Part shown: positions 60,120 to 64,000 of the stretch, piece by piece
How positions within the stretch are numbered: position 1 is the first letter of the stretch
Layout of the letters: each line of letters begins with the position of its first letter
Source of the DNA: Candidatus Saccharimonadales bacterium
GTDB lineage: Bacteria > Chloroflexota > Limnocylindria > P2-11E
Assembly: GCA_035493615.1 (NCBI GenBank)
Contig: DATJHW010000085.1
Location: forward strand, 1,363 to 65,362
DNA: 64,000 nucleotides
Direction of reading: 5' to 3'
Position numbers and translations under genes: made by a program
Notes under the pieces: model-generated
Seen by the model: the letters and a program-made list of their open reading frames with translations, nothing else
The model's database searches: none
What the model was told of the DNA's origin: nothing

Positions 60120-60526
60120 TTCTTGGTGGCCCAGAAGATGTCGGCGATCTCCTTGACCGCCGCCTGCAGATCGGCCGCGGCCTTCGCGTCGATGCTCTGC
60201 TTGTTCTTCGAGCAGAGCTTCGCGGCCGTCCAGAACGTGTCGTGGAGCTTCGGGTACTTCTCGAGGTGCTCGGGCTTGAAGTAGTCGGTCCAAAGGATGA
60301 GCAGCTCCTTCTTGCAGATCTGAGCGTGCTCCTCCTTCACCGCGACCGAGCGGATGTACGTGTTGCGGCTCGCGTCATCCCCGCCCGTCGATCCGGTGAT
60401 CTTCTCGACCATCTTCGCCACGGTCTGTGCGGCGATCGTCGCGGCCGTGGGGTCGTAGATGCCACACGGGATGTCGCAGTGAGCATGCGCCACGAGGCGC
60501 GGCGCGAGGATCGAGCGCAGGTCCAT
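60116..60526 (-). CDS. sodN: Nickel-containing superoxide dismutase
   Basis: MDLRSILAPRLVAHA leader followed by the Ni-hook HCDIPCGIYDP. 136 aa. GGAGGA 6 nt upstream of the ATG. Confidence 0.9.
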   Translation of the reverse strand: MDLRSILAPRLVAHAHCDIPCGIYDPTAATIAAQTVAKMVEKITGSTGGDDASRNTYIRSVAVKEEHAQICKKELLILWTDYFKPEHLEKYPKLHDTFWTAAKLCSKNKQSIDAKAAADLQAAVKEIADIFWATKK

Positions 60527-60568
60527 GAGTCGTCCTCCCCGGTGATGTGCTCCGGATTATGGGCGCGG

Positions 60569-62092
60569 TCAGGGGTTCGCGTCGGCGAGCGTGACGTCCA
60601 TGGTCATCGACCTGTCCACCGTCACGACGCGTCCTTCGACGCTGACGACCTGGCTCGGGAAGGGCGCGAAGAAGTCGAATGTGTACTTGCCCGGGGGGAC
60701 GGCAAGCGAGTACGTGCCGGTGTCGTCGGTGTACGTCGCGGTCAGGAAGCCCTGGGCGTCGGAGATGTTGACCGAGGCTCCTTCCAGGGGGACACCGGTC
60801 TGGCTGCGGATCACGCCCTTGACGACCACGCCACGCTGCAGCTTCACGTCGACGGTGACGTTCTGCGACCGGACCGTCACGGTGTTCGCGTCGAGCCACG
60901 TCCGGCCGCCGCCGACGAACTGGGGCAGCAGGTCGCTGCCATCCGGCGGCAGGACCTGCACCAGATAGGTCTCCGGTCGGGTGGTCACGCGATACGCGCC
61001 GGTCGCGTCCGTTGGCCGGCAGATCCGTCCGGTCGGGAACGGCGTATCGACGCAGACGAACGCGTGCACGACCGGCGCGCCGTTCGGATCGGTCACGTGT
61101 CCGACGATCGACGGCCCCGGACCGAGCACTTGATCGACCACGCGGTCACGGTCCAGGTCGACGGACGTCGCGGACACCCCCACGAGCGAGTCGTCGTACC
61201 ACTGCATGAGAAGCGCGTCGTCGTCCGAGGGGATCACCCAGACCCAGTACGTGTCCGGCTCGCGCAGCGCGACGTAGTGCCCGTGGTCGTCGGTGCGCTC
61301 GCAGTCCCATGGCAGCGACTCGCCGAACCGGTGCGTGCAGACCTGTGCCTTCTTCACCGGCCGGCCGTCGGGCGTGGTGATGGTCCCCTGGATCGTGAAG
61401 CCTGGGCGCAGCTGCACATCGATGCCCGGGGCGTCGGCGGTGCGAGCGTCGATGACGTCCGCCTCCGCGCTGTCGACCCGCCCGTACGCCCATTGGGAGA
61501 GGAGCCGAAGACCCGGGCCGCCGTCGACGCTCATCTTGTACAGGCCGGGGGTCACGTCGAGGGCGTACGTCCCGTCGGCCTTGGTCTTATCGCAGACCGT
61601 CGCGGCGAGGGACAGCGGGTTGGCACAGACCGGAGCCTGGGCGACGGGCTTCTTGTCGCTGTCGGTGATCGTCCCGCTGATCCGCCGGATCCGTTCGAAC
61701 GCGAGCCGGACCGATGCGTCGCCCTGCGTGAGATCCGCTCCGACCGGAACGCCGCCCTGGGTGTTGACCGGGGCGCCCTGATCGTCGAGCTGCCGCTGGC
61801 TTGCGGGCACTTCGGAACGCACCTGGTACGCGTCCGGCGGCAGGGTGAACGTCGCTCGGCCATCGGCGCCGGTCGGCGCGCACGACTGGGCGCCCGAAAG
61901 GGCGGATGCGCAGACCCGCAGGCCGGAGACCGGACCGTCTGCGCCGGCGGCGACCACCTGGAGCCGGTGCGTGACCGCCGTCGGCGAGGGCACCACGGCA
62001 GGCGCCGGCGCGGAGCACGACGCGGCGGCGACGCCGACGATCAGCCATTTCACAGCCGCGTTACGGATGGTCGTCACTTCCCTGCTTCGCAT
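60569..62092 (-). CDS. Lipoprotein with repeated carboxypeptidase-regulatory-like (CarboxypepD_reg) beta-sandwich domains
   Basis: Real start is about ATG 62092 (MRSREVTTIRNAAVKWLIVGVAAASCSAP, lipobox). Repeated G.V.D..G.P...A.V........TD..G.Y modules (e.g. ISGTITDSDKKPVAQAPVCA...TKADGTYAL; IQGTITTPDGRPVKKAQVC; VKGVIRSQTGVPLEGASVNI...TDDTGTYSL). Confidence 0.7.
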   Translation of the reverse strand: MRSREVTTIRNAAVKWLIVGVAAASCSAPAPAVVPSPTAVTHRLQVVAAGADGPVSGLRVCASALSGAQSCAPTGADGRATFTLPPDAYQVRSEVPASQRQLDDQGAPVNTQGGVPVGADLTQGDASVRLAFERIRRISGTITDSDKKPVAQAPVCANPLSLAATVCDKTKADGTYALDVTPGLYKMSVDGGPGLRLLSQWAYGRVDSAEADVIDARTADAPGIDVQLRPGFTIQGTITTPDGRPVKKAQVCTHRFGESLPWDCERTDDHGHYVALREPDTYWVWVIPSDDDALLMQWYDDSLVGVSATSVDLDRDRVVDQVLGPGPSIVGHVTDPNGAPVVHAFVCVDTPFPTGRICRPTDATGAYRVTTRPETYLVQVLPPDGSDLLPQFVGGGRTWLDANTVTVRSQNVTVDVKLQRGVVVKGVIRSQTGVPLEGASVNISDAQGFLTATYTDDTGTYSLAVPPGKYTFDFFAPFPSQVVSVEGRVVTVDRSMTMDVTLADANP

Positions 62093-62272
62093 CGTGCATG
62101 AAGGGCAGAACGAACGGAAGCGAGGCAAGCCCGATGGAGAGCGAACTGATCGCGATCGGCCTGGTGCTCCTGGTCGTCGGGGCGGTCCTCCTGATCGCAG
62201 TGGGCGCAGCTCCGACGCCACTCGATGTCCAGATCGCCGCCGTGCGGGCCGATACCCAGGCCCACGTCCTCG

Positions 62273-63337
62273 TCAGCGCGCTCGCCCAGCGTCTCCCGCA
62301 CTGACCCGGAGCAGCCGCGAGACCTCGGCGAGCGGACCGGACAGCTCCTCGCCGCGTTCGCGCTCCATCAGCCCGCGCATCGCCTCGCGGACAGGCTTGC
62401 CCTCGAACAGGACGCGGTACGTTTCCGCGGCGATCGGCATGTCGACGCCCTTGGCGGCAGCGAGCGCGTGCACGGCCTCCGTCGTCCCGATCCCCTCCGC
62501 GACCTGGCCGCCGAGCCGCCGCTTGATATCGGCGACCGTCGAGCCTTTGGCGAGCAGCTCCCCGACCGTGCGGTTCCGTGAGTGCGCGCTCGTGCACGTG
62601 GCGATGAGGTCGCCGAATCCCGCGAGCCCCGCGCAGGTGAGCGGGTTCGCGCCGCTGGCGAACGCGTAACGCGCGATCTCCGCGAGGCCTCTGGTCATGA
62701 AGCCGGCTTTCGCGTTCACGCCGTACCCCATCCCGTCGATCGCGCCGGCGCCGAGGGCGACGATGTTCTTCAGCGCGCCGCAGAGCTCGACACCGACCAC
62801 GTCCTCGTTCGTGTACGCGCGGAACATCGGCGTGCCGAGCAGCCGTTGGAACAGCCTGGCGGTGTCGGCATCCGACGACGCGATGACCGTCGGCGCCGGC
62901 AACCCGGCTGCGATCTCGCGGGAGATGTTCGGGCCGGACAGGACGGCGACGCGATCGGCGGGCAGCACCTCGGTCCAGAGCTCGCTCATGCGCCGCGAGT
63001 CGTCGGGCGCGAGCCCTTTGGTCGCGGAGCAGAGCCGGTGCGCCGGCCGGAGCAGCGCCGCGGCGCGATCGCGCAGCTCGCGGACGCCCTGCGCGGGTGT
63101 CGCGACGACGAGCGCATCCGCCGCGAGGGCGCGCTCGAGATCGTCCGTCACCACCACCGAGTTCGGGATCGTGACGCCCGGGAGATAGCGAGCGTTCTCG
63201 CGGCGCGCGGCGATCTCGTTGGCGCGCGCGGCGTCGCGGGTCCAGAGGATGACCGAGCGCCCCCCATCCCGGGCCAGGATCGTCGCGAGCGTCGTGCCCC
63301 ACGACCCGGCCTGGAGGACCGCTACGTCGACGGGGAT
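62273..63337 (-). CDS. gpsA: NAD(P)H-dependent glycerol-3-phosphate dehydrogenase
   Basis: ATKGL, LSGPNISREIA, GALKNIVALGAG and CTSAHSRNRTVGE motifs. The N-terminal Rossmann segment VDVAVLQAGSWGTTLATILARDG lies upstream of the track ORF start (63157), and that stretch has no ATG/GTG/TTG. The 5-prime end is placed provisionally at ATC 63337..63335. Confidence 0.75.
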   Translation of the reverse strand: MPVDVAVLQAGSWGTTLATILARDGGRSVILWTRDAARANEIAARRENARYLPGVTIPNSVVVTDDLERALAADALVVATPAQGVRELRDRAAALLRPAHRLCSATKGLAPDDSRRMSELWTEVLPADRVAVLSGPNISREIAAGLPAPTVIASSDADTARLFQRLLGTPMFRAYTNEDVVGVELCGALKNIVALGAGAIDGMGYGVNAKAGFMTRGLAEIARYAFASGANPLTCAGLAGFGDLIATCTSAHSRNRTVGELLAKGSTVADIKRRLGGQVAEGIGTTEAVHALAAAKGVDMPIAAETYRVLFEGKPVREAMRGLMERERGEELSGPLAEVSRLLRVSAGDAGRAR

Positions 63338-63966
63338 CTGCGTTGCCCCAGGCGCGGCTCGTTCCCGCGGAGGATCCGCGCGATGTTCGCTCGGTGGCGG
63401 AGGGTCACGATCGCGCCGGCGATCAGGATGAACCCGAGCACGGCCCAGTGGAACGAGAGGTAGCCCGCGAACACGAACACGATGTAGCCGAGCAGCGCGC
63501 CGGCGACCGACGCGAGCGAGCTGACGCTGACCATGCGCGTCAACGCGAGGGCGAGCATGAACGCAACGACCGCTCCGAGCCAGGCCGGCGTCGCGATGAA
63601 CAGGAGCGCCCCGAACCCGGTGGCGACCCCGCGACCCCCGCGGCCCTCGAGGAACGCCGGCCAGCAGTGCCCGGCCACGGCCGCGACCGCGGCGACCGCG
63701 GTGGCGACCGTCCGCTCATCGGATGACCCGGTCACGATGGCCGAGGCGATCCACACCGCGCCCGCACCCTTCAGGATGTCGAGGATCGCGACCAGCAGCG
63801 CCGCGCCGAGCCCGAGGGTCCGGAACGTGTTCGTCGCGCCGGTCGACCCCGAGCCGACCGTACGCAGATCGACGTTGCGGTACAGCCGTCCGACGATGTA
63901 CCCGCTCGAGATCGACCCGATGCCGTAGCCGATGACGCCACAGGCGACGATCCGGAGCAGGTCCAT
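63322..63966 (-). CDS. plsY: Glycerol-3-phosphate acyltransferase PlsY
   Basis: 214 aa. YGIGSISSGYIVGRL...DLRTVGSGSTGATN...LDILKG motifs. Confidence 0.9.
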   Translation of the reverse strand: MDLLRIVACGVIGYGIGSISSGYIVGRLYRNVDLRTVGSGSTGATNTFRTLGLGAALLVAILDILKGAGAVWIASAIVTGSSDERTVATAVAAVAAVAGHCWPAFLEGRGGRGVATGFGALLFIATPAWLGAVVAFMLALALTRMVSVSSLASVAGALLGYIVFVFAGYLSFHWAVLGFILIAGAIVTLRHRANIARILRGNEPRLGQRRSPST

Positions 63967-64000
63967 CAGTCCCGCGCTCCGCGGAACTGGAGCCGGATCG
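63966..64000 (-). CDS. 3-prime end of an upstream gene (possibly GTPase Der), partial
   Basis: Frame ..IRLQFRGARD-TGA with a TGATG overlap onto the plsY start. Only 11 codons are visible. The identity is guessed from the common der-plsY-gpsA arrangement. Confidence 0.3.
   Translation of the reverse strand, partial: IRLQFRGARD

Noticed and set aside
1-64000. CRISPR arrays, rRNA genes, insertion sequences, toxin-antitoxin or restriction-type defence loci.
   Set aside because: I saw no regularly spaced direct repeats, no rRNA-like conserved stretches, no terminal inverted repeats flanking a transposase, and no recognisable defence-gene motifs.

Overview
Very GC-rich bacterial chromosomal segment. 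Third codon positions are almost always G/C, so every real gene is shadowed by long Arg/Pro/Ala/Gly-rich artefact ORFs in other frames; I trimmed or discarded those. I can support about 70 protein genes, 3 tRNAs and a few repeats or regulatory candidates. I saw no rRNA, CRISPR array, transposase or integrase. Genes are overwhelmingly on the minus strand and are often translationally coupled through ATGA/GTGA/TGATG/TAATG overlaps.

Main blocks:
- (1) 1-4259: transglutaminase / circularly permuted ATP-grasp / alpha-E operon.
- (2) 4269-12226: an atypical complex-I-like electron-input module. Order is nuoB, nuoD, a NuoI-N/NuoE-N chimera, nuoF-like, and an 817-aa 2Fe2S::GltD::FeS fusion. No nuoA, nuoC or nuoH is present. 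A tyrosine phosphatase and an NDUFAF7/DUF185-type methyltransferase are coupled downstream.
- (3) 12238-24486: IMPase, HerA-like ATPase, PhoD, ABC exporter pair, MFS, DUF951, 2x DUF881, APH-like kinase.
- (4) 24513-27054: tRNA-Arg(CCT) followed by two about 96-nt direct repeats. Each ends in a decayed copy of the tRNA 3-prime end and flanks small cargo, which suggests degraded integrative-element remnants.
- (5) 27838-31358: envelope and transport genes.
- (6) 31727-37017: a stand-alone nuoJKLMN membrane module.
- (7) 37074-47556: tRNA-Pro, an ECF sigma/anti-sigma/lipoprotein set, sugar kinase, methyltransferase, a ThiS-like::CoA-transferase fusion, LON-domain protein, amidohydrolase, rhodanese.
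- (8) 48446-48922: a peroxiredoxin whose catalytic Cys codon is an in-frame TGA, a probable selenoprotein that the ORF track split in two.
- (9) 52367-60526: one tightly coupled array of sodN-sodX-yggX, eight gas-vesicle genes and two histidine kinases.
- (10) 60569-64000: lipoprotein, gpsA, plsY.

Most interesting: the rewired nuo-like module, the UGA-peroxiredoxin, the SOD/gas-vesicle/kinase array, the tRNA-like repeats and the ThiS-like::CaiB fusion.

All functional calls come from my reading of translated motifs, not from database searches.
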